NCBI GenBank assembly: GCA_965115815.1
Contig: OZ220465.1
Coordinates: 2,798,222 to 2,862,221 of the forward strand
Length of the DNA: 64,000 nt
Direction: 5' to 3'
Source of the DNA: Alphaproteobacteria bacterium
GTDB taxonomy: Bacteria; Pseudomonadota; Alphaproteobacteria; TMED109
Shown here: positions 29,429 to 39,083 of the stretch, in pieces
How positions within the stretch are numbered: the stretch's first letter is position 1
Layout: each line of letters begins with the position of its first letter
Notes under the pieces: model-generated
What the model was told of the DNA's origin: nothing
Database searches by the model: none
Seen by the model: the letters and a program-made list of their open reading frames with translations, nothing else
Translations under genes and position numbers: made by a program

Positions 29429-29798
29429 GCGCGTCCCGAACTTGCCCCTGCTGCGGGATCCGGCAACGGCCTTCGCGAGATGGCTGATCCTTGCCGTCGC
29501 CGCCCCCGGACTGTTCTCGACCGGAACAACCGCTGCAGATCTCAGGGCCGAGGACGGCGCCCGTCTCGCGGCTCCCTGCGCCGGCTGCCACGGCACCGCG
29601 GGACGAGCGCCGGAAGGCAGCATCATTCCGGCGCTCGCCGGTCGGGATGCGGCGGAATTGTCTCGACTGCTGGAAGGGTACCGGTCCGGCGAGCGACCGA
29701 GCGAGGAAATGGCGCGGATCGCCCGCGGCTACAGCGCGGACGAGATCGTCGCGCTGGCGGCGTGGTTCGCCGCCCAGTCCCGGCGGGCCGAGCCATGA
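29427..29798 (+). CDS. c-type cytochrome (FccA/SoxE-like partner of the flavoprotein)
   Basis: Signal peptide and single CAGCH motif. The stop overlaps the next ATG (ATGA). Start is uncertain (ATG 29427 or TTG 29442). Confidence 0.75.
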   Translation: MRVPNLPLLRDPATAFARWLILAVAAPGLFSTGTTAADLRAEDGARLAAPCAGCHGTAGRAPEGSIIPALAGRDAAELSRLLEGYRSGERPSEEMARIARGYSADEIVALAAWFAAQSRRAEP

Positions 29799-31066
29799 CC
29801 TTGACCCGCCGCCACCTGCTGGCCGGTGCGGGGTCCGTGATGGCGACGTCCGTGCCGGTACGCGCCGAGCGCATCTTGCCGGCGTCGGGACCCCGGATCG
29901 TGATCCTCGGCGGAGGCTGGGGCGGCCTCACGGCCGCCAAGTACATCCGCCTCCTCGACCCCGACATCGAAACCGTCCTGATCGAACGCCGACCGGCGTT
30001 CCACTCCTGCCCCGTCAGCAACTGGGTCATCGGCCACCTCCGCACCATCGAGGACATCACGCACGCCTACGCCACACTGACCCAAAACCACGGCGTGCAG
30101 ATCCTGCATTCGGACGTGGAGCGTATCGATGTCGATGCCCGGGCCGTCGCGACGGCGGCCGGCGTCGTCACCGGGGACCGCCTGATCCTGAGCCCGGGCG
30201 TCGCATTCGACTACTCCGGCATCGCCGGCTGGGGAGCCGAGGCCCACCACCGCTTTCCCGCTGCCTGGAGTCCGGGGGGCGAAACGGCCCTGCTGCGGAC
30301 CCGGCTGGCTCAACTCCCGTCGGGCGGGCGCATCGTACTCACGATCCCTCCCAGCCCGTACCGGTGCCCGCCGGGACCGTACGAGCGGATCAGCTTGATG
30401 GCCGCCTATCTCAAGCTGCACAAACCGGGTGCTTCCATCACGGTATTCGATGCCAACCCGAAGATCGTGTCCAAGGGTCGGATCTTCGCAGCCGCATGGG
30501 ACGAGTTGTACCCGGGAATCATCGACTACCGCCCCGACAGTCCACTTGTCGAAGTGGATGCCCGAAGCGGTACGCTCTCCAGCGACTTCGACGAGGTGAT
30601 CGCCGATGTCGGCAATGTGATCCCTCCCCAGCGCGCGTCCAGCCTGCTCCATGATGCCGGCTTGGTGCCGGCCGGGGCAAGCTGGGCACCCGTGGATCCA
30701 TACGACTTCACGTCGACCCTGGCACCCGATGTCTACATCATCGGCGATGCCACGGACCAGACCACCGTTGGCAGGGTTCCGAAATCGGGCTTCATCGCGA
30801 ACTCCATGGGCAAGGTAGCGGCCCGGGCCGCGGTGGCGGATCTGACCGGCCGGGCGATTCTGCCGCCCTCGCTCATCAACACGTGCTACAGCTTGGTGTC
30901 TCCGGACGAAGGCGCATCTGTGGGTGCGGTCTACGGCTACGACCCGGACACCCGACGGCTCAAGGCCCGGGCCGGATCCAGCAGCGTGTCCGGTCGCCGG
31001 TCGGCGGCGACCGCGCTCCAGGCATGGGACTGGGCGCGCGCGATCTGGCACGACATGCTGGGCTAG
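29795..31066 (+). CDS. flavocytochrome c sulfide dehydrogenase flavoprotein subunit (FccB/SoxF-like)
   Basis: Tat signal MTLTRRHLLAGAG. IVILGGGWGGLTAAKY (FAD). ..SPYRCPPGPYERISL..IIGDAT... Only the last 423 codons of ORF 28787..31066 are used. Confidence 0.9.
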   Translation: MTLTRRHLLAGAGSVMATSVPVRAERILPASGPRIVILGGGWGGLTAAKYIRLLDPDIETVLIERRPAFHSCPVSNWVIGHLRTIEDITHAYATLTQNHGVQILHSDVERIDVDARAVATAAGVVTGDRLILSPGVAFDYSGIAGWGAEAHHRFPAAWSPGGETALLRTRLAQLPSGGRIVLTIPPSPYRCPPGPYERISLMAAYLKLHKPGASITVFDANPKIVSKGRIFAAAWDELYPGIIDYRPDSPLVEVDARSGTLSSDFDEVIADVGNVIPPQRASSLLHDAGLVPAGASWAPVDPYDFTSTLAPDVYIIGDATDQTTVGRVPKSGFIANSMGKVAARAAVADLTGRAILPPSLINTCYSLVSPDEGASVGAVYGYDPDTRRLKARAGSSSVSGRRSAATALQAWDWARAIWHDMLG

Positions 31067-31355
31067 CACTCGGACGACGTTGAATGGACGGTTGCAGGCA
31101 TGATCCGCACCCACTGTTCCGACCTGCATCCCATCTGCAGCGACCCGATGATGGCCTCCAGTTCGATGATCGATCGTCGCGGATCCCGGACGCACCCGTT
31201 GCCGGCACCCTTCGGCAGGGTCTCCGGAAGCTCGGGCCCGGACCGGTGCCCGCCGCGCACCGTGGCGAGCCGGTACGGGCCGGGTGTGCAGGTCGCGGGA
31301 AGGAGGCCTTCGGACCGGTGGTCCCGAAGCTCCTCCGCACGCTGGTGCGGTGCGA

Positions 31356-32069
31356 TCAGCGGACGGCCCCCTGCCGTCCCGAAACCGTCGCGAGCACACC
31401 GCCCGTGATGGCCGCAGCCAACGGAATCCCCGCCTGCCAGCTGTCCATGGCGCGCAAGGTCAGGAATCCGATCCCGCACGCCAGCAGCGGCACGGGCAGG
31501 CAGATCCAGGCTCCTGCCCGACGCGTCATCAGGCACAGGCCCAGCGTCGCCACCGCCGTCGGATCCGGCGCCGTGCCGGCAAACTCCCCACCGGTCACGG
31601 CCTGGCCGCGGGCAAGGGCGGTCAGCGGATAGGCCAGCAGCGCTCCCAGGGCCAAGCCGCAGCCCACAACCTGACGAACGCCCGTGATCCGCAGGCAGGC
31701 GAAACCGGACCGGACCGTGCCGAACCACGCCACCAGCAGCGCCTGAAGGCAGCAGACCGGCACCGCATAGGCCGCCCACCCGTTGATGGAAGTGTACCAC
31801 CGCCCGACAAAGTACCCGCCGCACCAGATCCAGGCACCGGCCAGCAGTCCCGCGATCAGGTACGAACGAATCCGCCCGCCGCACCACCGCAGCGCAAGAC
31901 CGGACGCAAGCAGCAGGGGGATCCCCAGCGGCACCGGCCAGGCCGCCCGGTTCGCCCGTTCGATCAGCCGCCAGTACGTCTCGGGGGCGAAGGGCAGCAG
32001 GTCCTGCAGCTGGCTGTCCGGCCAGAGCACCTTCAGAGGCTGTCGAAATAGGCGGTCAGACGCCGGCAC
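31356..32069 (-). CDS. integral membrane protein of unknown function
   Basis: Several hydrophobic helices (..LGIPLLLASGLAL.., ..LIAGLLAGAWIWCGGYF.., ..VVGCGLALGALLAYPL..). Start could be GTG 32030, which avoids the overlap with the upstream gene. Confidence 0.55.
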   Translation of the reverse strand: MPASDRLFRQPLKVLWPDSQLQDLLPFAPETYWRLIERANRAAWPVPLGIPLLLASGLALRWCGGRIRSYLIAGLLAGAWIWCGGYFVGRWYTSINGWAAYAVPVCCLQALLVAWFGTVRSGFACLRITGVRQVVGCGLALGALLAYPLTALARGQAVTGGEFAGTAPDPTAVATLGLCLMTRRAGAWICLPVPLLACGIGFLTLRAMDSWQAGIPLAAAITGGVLATVSGRQGAVR

Positions 32070-32941
32070 AAGGCCCGATCCGGGATCGGTCCCCGGCCGG
32101 CGAGCTGGTTTTCGCGAACGTGGTCCACGCGCGTGGTTGCCGGAATCGCCGCGGTCACGGCCGGCTCCGCCAAGATGAACTTGAGCAGTACCTGCGCCCA
32201 GCTGCCCGCACCCAGTTCCGACGCCATCGCCGGCAGCGGAATCCCGGCCAGCTTCCGAATCAGCGATCCGCGTCGGAACGGGCGGTTGACCATCACCGCA
32301 ATGCCTTTCTCGCGGGCGAGCGGCAGCAGCCGGGCCTCCGCCTCCCGGTCCGCGAGGTTGTAGGTCAGCTGGACAAAATCGACGGGCTGGGACGCCATGA
32401 TCCGCTCGAGCTCATTGTGCCGACGGCCGTGCGAGGTGGTGACGCCGACATGGGCCAGTCGTCCGGCCTTCTGCAGGGCCAGAAGAAACTCGAGATTCGC
32501 CCTCCAGTCCACCAGGTTGTGCACTTGGAGGAGGTCGAACTGCCGGACTCCCCATCGCTGCCGGGTCCGCGCCAGCTGACCTGCTGCTTCCGCACCCGGC
32601 GCCCAGATCTTGTCTGCTGCGAACACCCTGGCCGGTCCGCCGGCCCGCACCAGCGCATGGCCGATGGTGGCCTGCGAGGATCCGTACATCGGCGACGAAT
32701 CGATGATTCCGCCGCCGCCATCAAGAAACGCGCGGATGACCCGGGTCGACCGGTCGAGCAATACCGGGTCGGAGCCGACGTTGAAGGTGATCCAGCTGCC
32801 GAGGCCGATCCCCGGAACGTCCACGCCGGTGGTCGGGATTCGCCGCCGACTCGGGGCCGCTCCGACCCTCGGGACCAAGCCCGGAAGCCCGGTCGCGGCC
32901 GCCAGGCCGGCAGCTCCCCGAAGCAGGGTGCGACGATTCAT
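32033..32941 (-). CDS. aldo/keto reductase, Tat-signal-bearing
   Basis: ATG 32941. MNRRTLLRGAAGLAAATG. ..IDSSPMYGSSQATIG..QVHNLVDW..HVGVTTSHG..VMVNRPF. Confidence 0.85.
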   Translation of the reverse strand: MNRRTLLRGAAGLAAATGLPGLVPRVGAAPSRRRIPTTGVDVPGIGLGSWITFNVGSDPVLLDRSTRVIRAFLDGGGGIIDSSPMYGSSQATIGHALVRAGGPARVFAADKIWAPGAEAAGQLARTRQRWGVRQFDLLQVHNLVDWRANLEFLLALQKAGRLAHVGVTTSHGRRHNELERIMASQPVDFVQLTYNLADREAEARLLPLAREKGIAVMVNRPFRRGSLIRKLAGIPLPAMASELGAGSWAQVLLKFILAEPAVTAAIPATTRVDHVRENQLAGRGPIPDRALCRRLTAYFDSL

Positions 32942-33244
32942 CTCCCTTCGTCTCCTCCACTCCGGCGCCGCTTCCCTCACCTCCCAAGGTGCCGGCCCGG
33001 GCCCGACGACCGGCGGCCATGCGTGCGTTCCGCAGTCGGCCCGCACCCGGGGGGTCCCGGCCACCAGCCCGCTGGTCGTCGACCGCATGAACCCTCCGGC
33101 TTCCGCCGAACCGTCCTCCCTCGCCGCTGCACGGGAACCTGCCGGCCGCCACGCCGTCTGGTTCCGGCGCACGGATCCCGGGGGACCGGGCGGTTCATCC
33201 GGCGACATACCGGCCGCCGCTGGACGGGCGCGGATGGAGGCGGC

Positions 33245-33517
33245 TCACGATCCGGGCATTCGCACAGCCGGTGGTTCGGCAGTGCAGGAATCCGCGCCGC
33301 AGCGAATCCGGACGCTCGGCACCAGCGAACCGTCGGCGCAGTTCACGGCGTACACGACATCCGCCCCCTCGTTCCCCCGTCGCCGGACCTCCGGTTCCAT
33401 GCACCCGGCGTCGACCGCGGCCGCACGTGCCAGCGGCCCGTGCTCGATCATCGCGACCGACGGAACGGCGGCGAGCACCGCCGCCATCGCAACCGGCCAA
33501 GCCGTGCACCGGCGCAT
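33245..33517 (-). CDS. hypothetical small secreted protein
   Basis: ATG 33517 with GGGAGAG upstream. Signal-like MRRCTAWPVAMAAVLAAVPSVA. 4 Cys. No recognisable family. Confidence 0.35.
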   Translation of the reverse strand: MRRCTAWPVAMAAVLAAVPSVAMIEHGPLARAAAVDAGCMEPEVRRRGNEGADVVYAVNCADGSLVPSVRIRCGADSCTAEPPAVRMPGS

Positions 33518-33619
33518 GGGGCTCTCCCGAAACGAAAGGACGGAGGCCGGTCCGGCCGACCCGCGGTCGTCCCCATTGTATCGTAGACACGAAGCTCGGG
33601 CGGCACTCGGGACGGAGTC

Positions 33620-34750
33620 ATGCACGTTCTGGAAGGAATCAGGATTCTCGACTTCACGACCCTGCTCCCGGGACCGCTCGCCACCCTGGTGCTGGCAGAG
33701 GCCGGGGCCGAGGTGATCAAGATCGAGCGTCCGGGCGGCGACCCGATGCGGCGCGCTCCCCCGTTCGTCGACGGGGAAAGCGTCGCCTTCGCGATGCTGA
33801 ATCGCGGGAAACGGAGCATCGAGGTCGATCTCAAGGCGCCGGAAGCCGCCGGCCGCGTGCGGACCCTCGCCGCCACCGCCGACGTGCTCGTCGAGCAGTT
33901 TCGCCCGGGGGTCATGGACCGCCTGGGCGTCGGGTACGAAGTCGTCCGCAGCACCAACCCGAAATGCGTCTACTGCGCCATCAGCGGCTACGGTCAGGAC
34001 GGCCCGCGCGCCGAGGTCGCCGGACACGATCTCAACTACGTTGCGGAAGCCGGCCTGCTGGGCCTGACGGCGGGTCGGGACGGCCAGCCGACGATGCCGC
34101 ACGCCCAGCTGGCCGACATCGGTGCCGGCAGCTACCCCGCGGTGATCAATATCCTGCTGGCCCTGTACCGTGCCCGCACCACGGGCCGCGGCGCCTACCT
34201 GGACATCGCGATGACCGAGCAGTCCTTCCCGTTCCTGTGGCAGGCGCTGGCCCACGGGTGGGCGACAGGCGCGATGCCCGGTCCCAACACACTCCCGCTT
34301 TCCGGCGGGAGCCCGCGGTACGGCCTCTATCCTACGGCCGACGGGCGGATGGTTGCGCTGGGTGCCCTCGAAGACCGGTTCTGGTCCAATTTCTGTGCCC
34401 TCGTCGACCTGCCGGAAGCGCTCCGGAACGACACTCGCGATCCCGAAGCCACCCGCCGGGGGGTCCGGGCCGCCGTCGCCGCCCACCCGGCCTCCTACTG
34501 GCGTTCCCGGCTGCGCAACGCCAAGCACCTGTGCTGCACGCTGGTGCCGACGCTCGCCGAAGCGATCGAGGATCCGCAGTTCGCCGAGCGCGGGATCTTT
34601 GCCGCCGAGATTGCTGTGGGCCGGAAAGCACGACTGCCGGCCGTACCGGTCCCGCTCGCACCCGGCGTGCCCCGGCGTACGGGGGCAGGCCGTCCGCCGA
34701 CCCGGGCCCCGCGCCTCGGCGACGCCAACTCCCTGCTGCCGGCACCTTGA
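33620..34750 (+). CDS. family III CoA-transferase (CaiB/BaiF, alpha-methylacyl-CoA racemase-like)
   Basis: GIRILDFTTLLPGPLATLVLAEAGAEVIKIERPGGDP..FAMLNRGKRSI..GHDLNY. Confidence 0.9.
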   Translation: MHVLEGIRILDFTTLLPGPLATLVLAEAGAEVIKIERPGGDPMRRAPPFVDGESVAFAMLNRGKRSIEVDLKAPEAAGRVRTLAATADVLVEQFRPGVMDRLGVGYEVVRSTNPKCVYCAISGYGQDGPRAEVAGHDLNYVAEAGLLGLTAGRDGQPTMPHAQLADIGAGSYPAVINILLALYRARTTGRGAYLDIAMTEQSFPFLWQALAHGWATGAMPGPNTLPLSGGSPRYGLYPTADGRMVALGALEDRFWSNFCALVDLPEALRNDTRDPEATRRGVRAAVAAHPASYWRSRLRNAKHLCCTLVPTLAEAIEDPQFAERGIFAAEIAVGRKARLPAVPVPLAPGVPRRTGAGRPPTRAPRLGDANSLLPAP

Positions 34751-35160
34751 CCCGCGTCCTGCTCGTCCGGGAACCGGGGACTCCGGTGCCTGCCCCGGAC
34801 GACCGCACCACGGTCGCCGTACTCGACCTGCCGCCGGCCGGCCTCCCGACCCCGGCCGCAACGCGCACGCTGGAAGCGGTGCGCACGAGCTGCGCCGACG
34901 CGATCGTGCTGGCCCTTCCCGACCGCCGCGCGGGGCCCGAACAGGCCGCGTTCGTCCAGCTGCTGCTGGACACCGCGCGCGTGCCCTCCGTGCTCGGATG
35001 TCCGCACAATCTGTACGGCGGTGCGCCCGCCGCGGACCGCGACGCGCTCGCCGCTGCCCTCGGCCGCGCCACCGCCGTTCTGCACGGGTTCGGCGCGAGG
35101 ACCGTCGAACTGGCGCTGCAGGCCGCCGTCCGGCTGGCGCAACCGCGGCCCGGAACCTGA
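34747..35160 (+). CDS. hypothetical protein
   Basis: TTG start overlaps the preceding stop. 137 aa fill the gap to hisC. No recognisable motif, so this may not be a real gene. Confidence 0.3.
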   Translation: MTRVLLVREPGTPVPAPDDRTTVAVLDLPPAGLPTPAATRTLEAVRTSCADAIVLALPDRRAGPEQAAFVQLLLDTARVPSVLGCPHNLYGGAPAADRDALAAALGRATAVLHGFGARTVELALQAAVRLAQPRPGT

Positions 35161-35163
35161 CGG

Positions 35164-36255
35164 ATGTCTCCCGTGCCGCGCGCATCGGTGCTTGCCATCT
35201 CGCCCTACCGGCCCGGGAGCTCCGGCGACCGGCGCTCCGGCCGGGTCATCAAGCTGTCCTCCAACGAGACCCCGCTCGGGACCAGCCCCAAGGCCGCCGC
35301 CGCCGCCCGGGCGGCCGTTGCCGATCCATCGCGCTATCCGGAGCCGGGTGCGACTGCCCTCCGGGAGGCCCTGGCCGATCGCCACGGACTGGATCCGAAC
35401 CGGATCGTCTGCGGCAACGGCTCGGACGAACTCCTGGGGCTGCTCGCCCTCGCGTACGCCGGTCCCGGCGATGAAGTGCTGTACAGCCGGCACGGGTTCC
35501 TGATGTACCCGATCGCCGCCCGCATGGCCGGTGCCACCCCCGTCTCGGTTCCCGAAACCGACCTCACGGTCGACGTGGAGGCGATGGTGGGGGCGGCGAC
35601 GCACCGCACCCGGGTGTGCTTCATCGCCAACCCCAACAACCCGACCGGTACCGCCTTGGATCTCACCGGCCTCCGCCGGCTGCGGGCCGGCCTTCCGAAG
35701 CGGTGCCTGCTGGTGATCGATTCTGCGTACGCCGAATACGCGGAGATGGAAGGCTACGACGACGGGGGCGCCCTGGTCCGTGAACGCGACGACGTGGTCG
35801 TCACCCGGACCTTCTCGAAGATCTTCGGTCTTGCCGGCCTGCGCCTCGGATGGGCCTGCGGCCCCGACCGCGTGATCGATGCTCTCCATCGGGTGCGCGG
35901 CCCCTTCAACGTCAACGCTGCCGCCCAGGCCGCCGGACGGGCGGCGGTCGCCGACCGCGAGTTCCTGCTCCGCGCCCAGGACCACAACCGCCGGCACCGC
36001 CACCGGCTGGAGGACTCGCTGCGGGAACTCGGGCTGAGCGTGCGACCCGGGGTCGCCAATTTCGTCCTGGCCGAGTTCGAACCGGGCAGCCCGAGGTCGG
36101 CGGAAGCAGCCTACGCCCATCTGGCCGGGCAGGGCATCTTTGGCCGTCGCGTCGCCGACTACGGGCTGCCGCATCACCTGCGTTTCACGGTCGGCCTTGA
36201 GAACGAGAACCGCACCCTGATCGCCACGCTCGCGGACTTTCTCCGGGGCGCGTAG
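35164..36255 (+). CDS. hisC: histidinol-phosphate aminotransferase
   Basis: ..IKLSSNETPLG..NGSDELL..ANPNNPTG..TFSKIFGLAGLRLGW (PLP lysine)..RFTVG. Confidence 0.92.
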   Translation: MSPVPRASVLAISPYRPGSSGDRRSGRVIKLSSNETPLGTSPKAAAAARAAVADPSRYPEPGATALREALADRHGLDPNRIVCGNGSDELLGLLALAYAGPGDEVLYSRHGFLMYPIAARMAGATPVSVPETDLTVDVEAMVGAATHRTRVCFIANPNNPTGTALDLTGLRRLRAGLPKRCLLVIDSAYAEYAEMEGYDDGGALVRERDDVVVTRTFSKIFGLAGLRLGWACGPDRVIDALHRVRGPFNVNAAAQAAGRAAVADREFLLRAQDHNRRHRHRLEDSLRELGLSVRPGVANFVLAEFEPGSPRSAEAAYAHLAGQGIFGRRVADYGLPHHLRFTVGLENENRTLIATLADFLRGA

Positions 36256-36339
36256 ACGCCGCGACCGGACCTGCCTGTTACAGTGCCGACCCCCGCAATC
36301 CCCGGCCAGGGAGAACCTCCCGGCCCGCCGGAGGTTCCC

Positions 36340-36975
36340 ATGAAGCTCTATACCTTCGCGCCGGCCCCCAATCCCCGGCGCATGCACATGTTTCTCGCGG
36401 AGAAAGGGATCGAACTGGAACAGGTGGAGGTGCGGATCCGCGAGGGCGCCAACCTGACCCCTTCGTACTCGTCGTTCAACCCGCTCCGTACCGTCCCGGT
36501 GCTGGAGTTCGATGACGGCCGCACGATCACGGAGAGCATCGCAATCTGCCGGTACTTCGAAGCGGTGCAGCCGGAGCCCGCACTGTTCGGCCGGACGCCG
36601 CTCGAGAAGGGCATGGTCGAGAACTGGCATCGCCGCGTGGAACTCGAGGGTCTGCAGGCCGTCGCCGAGACGCTGCGGAACAGCAGTCCCCGGTTCGCCG
36701 ACCGGGCCCTGACCGGCCCGAGGGACTATGCCCAGATCCCGGCTCTCGCCGAGCGCGGACGGGCCCGGATCGGCTGCTGGTTCGAAGATCTGGACGCCCA
36801 CCTCGCCGACAGCCCCTACCTCGCGGGCGACGACTTCTCGATGGCCGACATCTCGGCCTATGTCACGGTGGGGTTCGCGAAGGTCGTGCAGGTCCGGCCC
36901 AGCGACTCGCTGGCGCATCTCGCACGGTGGCGCACAGCCATCGATTCCCGCCCCTCGTCGCGGGTCGGGACGTGA
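36340..36975 (+). CDS. glutathione S-transferase
   Basis: MKLYTFAPAPNPRR..VPVLEFDDGRTITESIAICRYFE.. plus a C-terminal GST helical domain. Confidence 0.9.
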   Translation: MKLYTFAPAPNPRRMHMFLAEKGIELEQVEVRIREGANLTPSYSSFNPLRTVPVLEFDDGRTITESIAICRYFEAVQPEPALFGRTPLEKGMVENWHRRVELEGLQAVAETLRNSSPRFADRALTGPRDYAQIPALAERGRARIGCWFEDLDAHLADSPYLAGDDFSMADISAYVTVGFAKVVQVRPSDSLAHLARWRTAIDSRPSSRVGT

Positions 36976-37045
36976 CCGGCTGGAGGATTCCCACCGCCCG
37001 CGCCATATCGTGCATGCAACCCCGGCTTCAGCGGAGCAACTTCCC

Positions 37046-38479
37046 ATGGCCCGACCCGACTCCCGCGAGGATCTCCTCGCCGACCTCGGCGGTCTCGACC
37101 GCGACCAGACCCTGCCCGTCGTCGAACAGGCGCTGACCGGCGCCGACGACGGCGAGCTCTTTCTCGAAAACGCGCGTTCCGAAAGCCTCACACTGGATGA
37201 CGGGCATATCCGCTCGGCCGCGTTCCACCACGCCCGGGGGTTCGGCCTGCGGGCCGTGATCGGAGAACGGACCGCCTACGCCCACTCGTCGGACGTCAGC
37301 GTCGACTCCCTGCGGCGGGCGGCGGACACCGTGCAGTCGGTCACCCGCGGAGCCGCGGGGACGGTGGAAGTGGCGCCTCCGCCTGCCAACGAACGCCGCT
37401 ACAGCGATGCGGATCCGATCGGCGCCGTGCCGTTCCAGCAGAAGGTGGAGCTCCTGTCGGAGATCGATCGCTACGCCCGGGCGCTTGATCCCCGGGTCCG
37501 GCAGGTGTCCGCCACCCTCTCGGGCTCGCACCAGTCCGTGGGCATCGTCCGGGCCGGCGGCGCCGAGGCGACCGATGTCCGGCCGCTGGTGCGTCTGAAC
37601 GTCAACGTGGTGGTGCAGGCCGGGGAGCGGATGGAGAGCGGCGCCTACGGATCCGGGGGGCGGCACGGCTATGCGGTGCTGCTGGACCGTAACACGTGGA
37701 GCCATCACATCGACGAGGCGCTCCGCCAAGCGCTGATCCTGCTGGATGCACGGGCGGCGCCGGCCGGCGAAACCGATGTCGTGCTCGGTCCGGGCTGGCC
37801 GGGCATCCTGCTTCACGAGGCCATCGGCCACGGCTTGGAGGGCGACTTCAACCGCAAGCGAACCAGCGTGTTCAGTTCCCTCATGGGCGAACGCGTGGCC
37901 AACGAGAACATCACCGTGGTCGACGACGGGACGATGGACGGACGACGCGGCTCGCTGACGATGGACGACGAGGGGACGCCGGCCCAGAACACCACCCTGA
38001 TCGAACGAGGCCGGGTGGTGGGGTACATGCAGGATCGCCAGAATGCGCGGCTGATGGGCACGGCATCCACCGGCAACGGGCGGCGGCAGAGCTACGCCCA
38101 CCAGCCCATGCCGAGGATGCGCAACACCCTGATGATGGCCGGCCGAGAGGATCCGGAAGAGATCGTTCGGTCGGTCCGGCGAGGCCTCTATGCCAAGAGC
38201 TTCGCCGGCGGTCAGGTGGACATCACCAACGGGAAGTTCGTCTTTTCGGCAAGCGAAAGCTACCTGATCGAGGACGGGAAGATCACCTGCCCGGTCAAGG
38301 GCGCGACGCTGATCGGCTCCGGATTCGAAGTGCTGAAGAAGGCCACGCTGATCGGGAACGACCTGCAGATGGATCCGGGGATCGGCAGCTGCGGCAAGCA
38401 GGGACAGCTGGTTCCCGTGGGCGTCGGCCAGCCGACCATGCTGGTGCACGGCCTGACCGTCGGCGGCACCGATGCCTGA
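37046..38479 (+). CDS. tldD: metalloprotease TldD
   Basis: ATG 37046. ..DDGELFLE..LHEAIGHGLEGDFNRK..GNGRRQSY..TldD/PmbA fold. Confidence 0.93.
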   Translation: MARPDSREDLLADLGGLDRDQTLPVVEQALTGADDGELFLENARSESLTLDDGHIRSAAFHHARGFGLRAVIGERTAYAHSSDVSVDSLRRAADTVQSVTRGAAGTVEVAPPPANERRYSDADPIGAVPFQQKVELLSEIDRYARALDPRVRQVSATLSGSHQSVGIVRAGGAEATDVRPLVRLNVNVVVQAGERMESGAYGSGGRHGYAVLLDRNTWSHHIDEALRQALILLDARAAPAGETDVVLGPGWPGILLHEAIGHGLEGDFNRKRTSVFSSLMGERVANENITVVDDGTMDGRRGSLTMDDEGTPAQNTTLIERGRVVGYMQDRQNARLMGTASTGNGRRQSYAHQPMPRMRNTLMMAGREDPEEIVRSVRRGLYAKSFAGGQVDITNGKFVFSASESYLIEDGKITCPVKGATLIGSGFEVLKKATLIGNDLQMDPGIGSCGKQGQLVPVGVGQPTMLVHGLTVGGTDA

Positions 38480-38486
38480 CGCCGGA

Positions 38487-38918
38487 TCAGTGCTCCAGGA
38501 CGGTCAGGGGAAGTTCCCGGAAGTCGCCGCGGAGGGCCAGCCAGGCCCGAACCTCCCACCGCGGCCCGGATCCCGCGATCAACCAGACCAGCCCGGGCTC
38601 GTTCAGACAGCGCCGGTCCGTCTCCGAAGGAGCGGCGGTTCCGGACGGGTGGGAGTGGTACACGCCCACCAGCGGTTCGGCGCCGCTCCGGGCCGCGCGC
38701 TGCACGCGCAGCCGGACGGCGGGATCGACTTCGAACCTGCGCACCGGATCGGACGCGAGGTTGCGACTCGGGACGCAGCCGCTGAGCATGATTCGATCGG
38801 ACCCCGCCCGCCCGAGCAGCAGCCCGCAGGCCTCTTCGGGGGCCGCCGCCTCGGACGCCGCACGCACGCTCTCAAGCAACGACCGCGGGGCCGTCACGCA
38901 GGGACCGGAATCAGGCAT
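38487..38918 (-). CDS. MPN/JAMM-family metalloprotease (Mov34/RadC-like)
   Basis: ..EACGLLLG..VGVYHSHPSGTAAPSETD.. (JAMM motif). Confidence 0.8.
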   Translation of the reverse strand: MPDSGPCVTAPRSLLESVRAASEAAAPEEACGLLLGRAGSDRIMLSGCVPSRNLASDPVRRFEVDPAVRLRVQRAARSGAEPLVGVYHSHPSGTAAPSETDRRCLNEPGLVWLIAGSGPRWEVRAWLALRGDFRELPLTVLEH

Positions 38919-39081
38919 GCGGATCGTCGGCCGGGACCGTCGGGGCGCCGGCACCCCCCTGACCTGCAAGATCGACCAGGACCGCGATGAGCACCGCCGT
39001 GCCGGCCAGGATGGCAGCCCCCATGACGATCACCACAGCCAGCAGGATGCGCTCGGTTCTCGCTTGAAGGAGTTTCCGCAC
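38911..39081 (-). CDS. hypothetical small membrane protein
   Basis: GTG 39081 with GGGAGG upstream. One TM helix ILLAVVIVMGAAILAGTAVLIAVLV. 8-nt overlap with the next gene. Confidence 0.35.
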   Translation of the reverse strand: MRKLLQARTERILLAVVIVMGAAILAGTAVLIAVLVDLAGQGGAGAPTVPADDPHA

Positions 39082-39083
39082 CC

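Noticed and set aside
28787-29794. N-terminal 336 codons of ORF 28787..31066
   Set aside because: They lie antisense to soxX/soxY and upstream of the clear Tat-signal start (ATG 29795) of the flavoprotein.
33245-37191. Very long minus-strand ORFs (33245..35185, 646 aa; 34495..37191, 898 aa)
   Set aside because: They are Arg/Pro/Gly/Ala-rich antisense shadows of well-supported plus-strand genes (CoA-transferase, hisC, GST). This is typical of high-GC DNA. Only the last 90 codons (33245-33517) look like a possible small gene.
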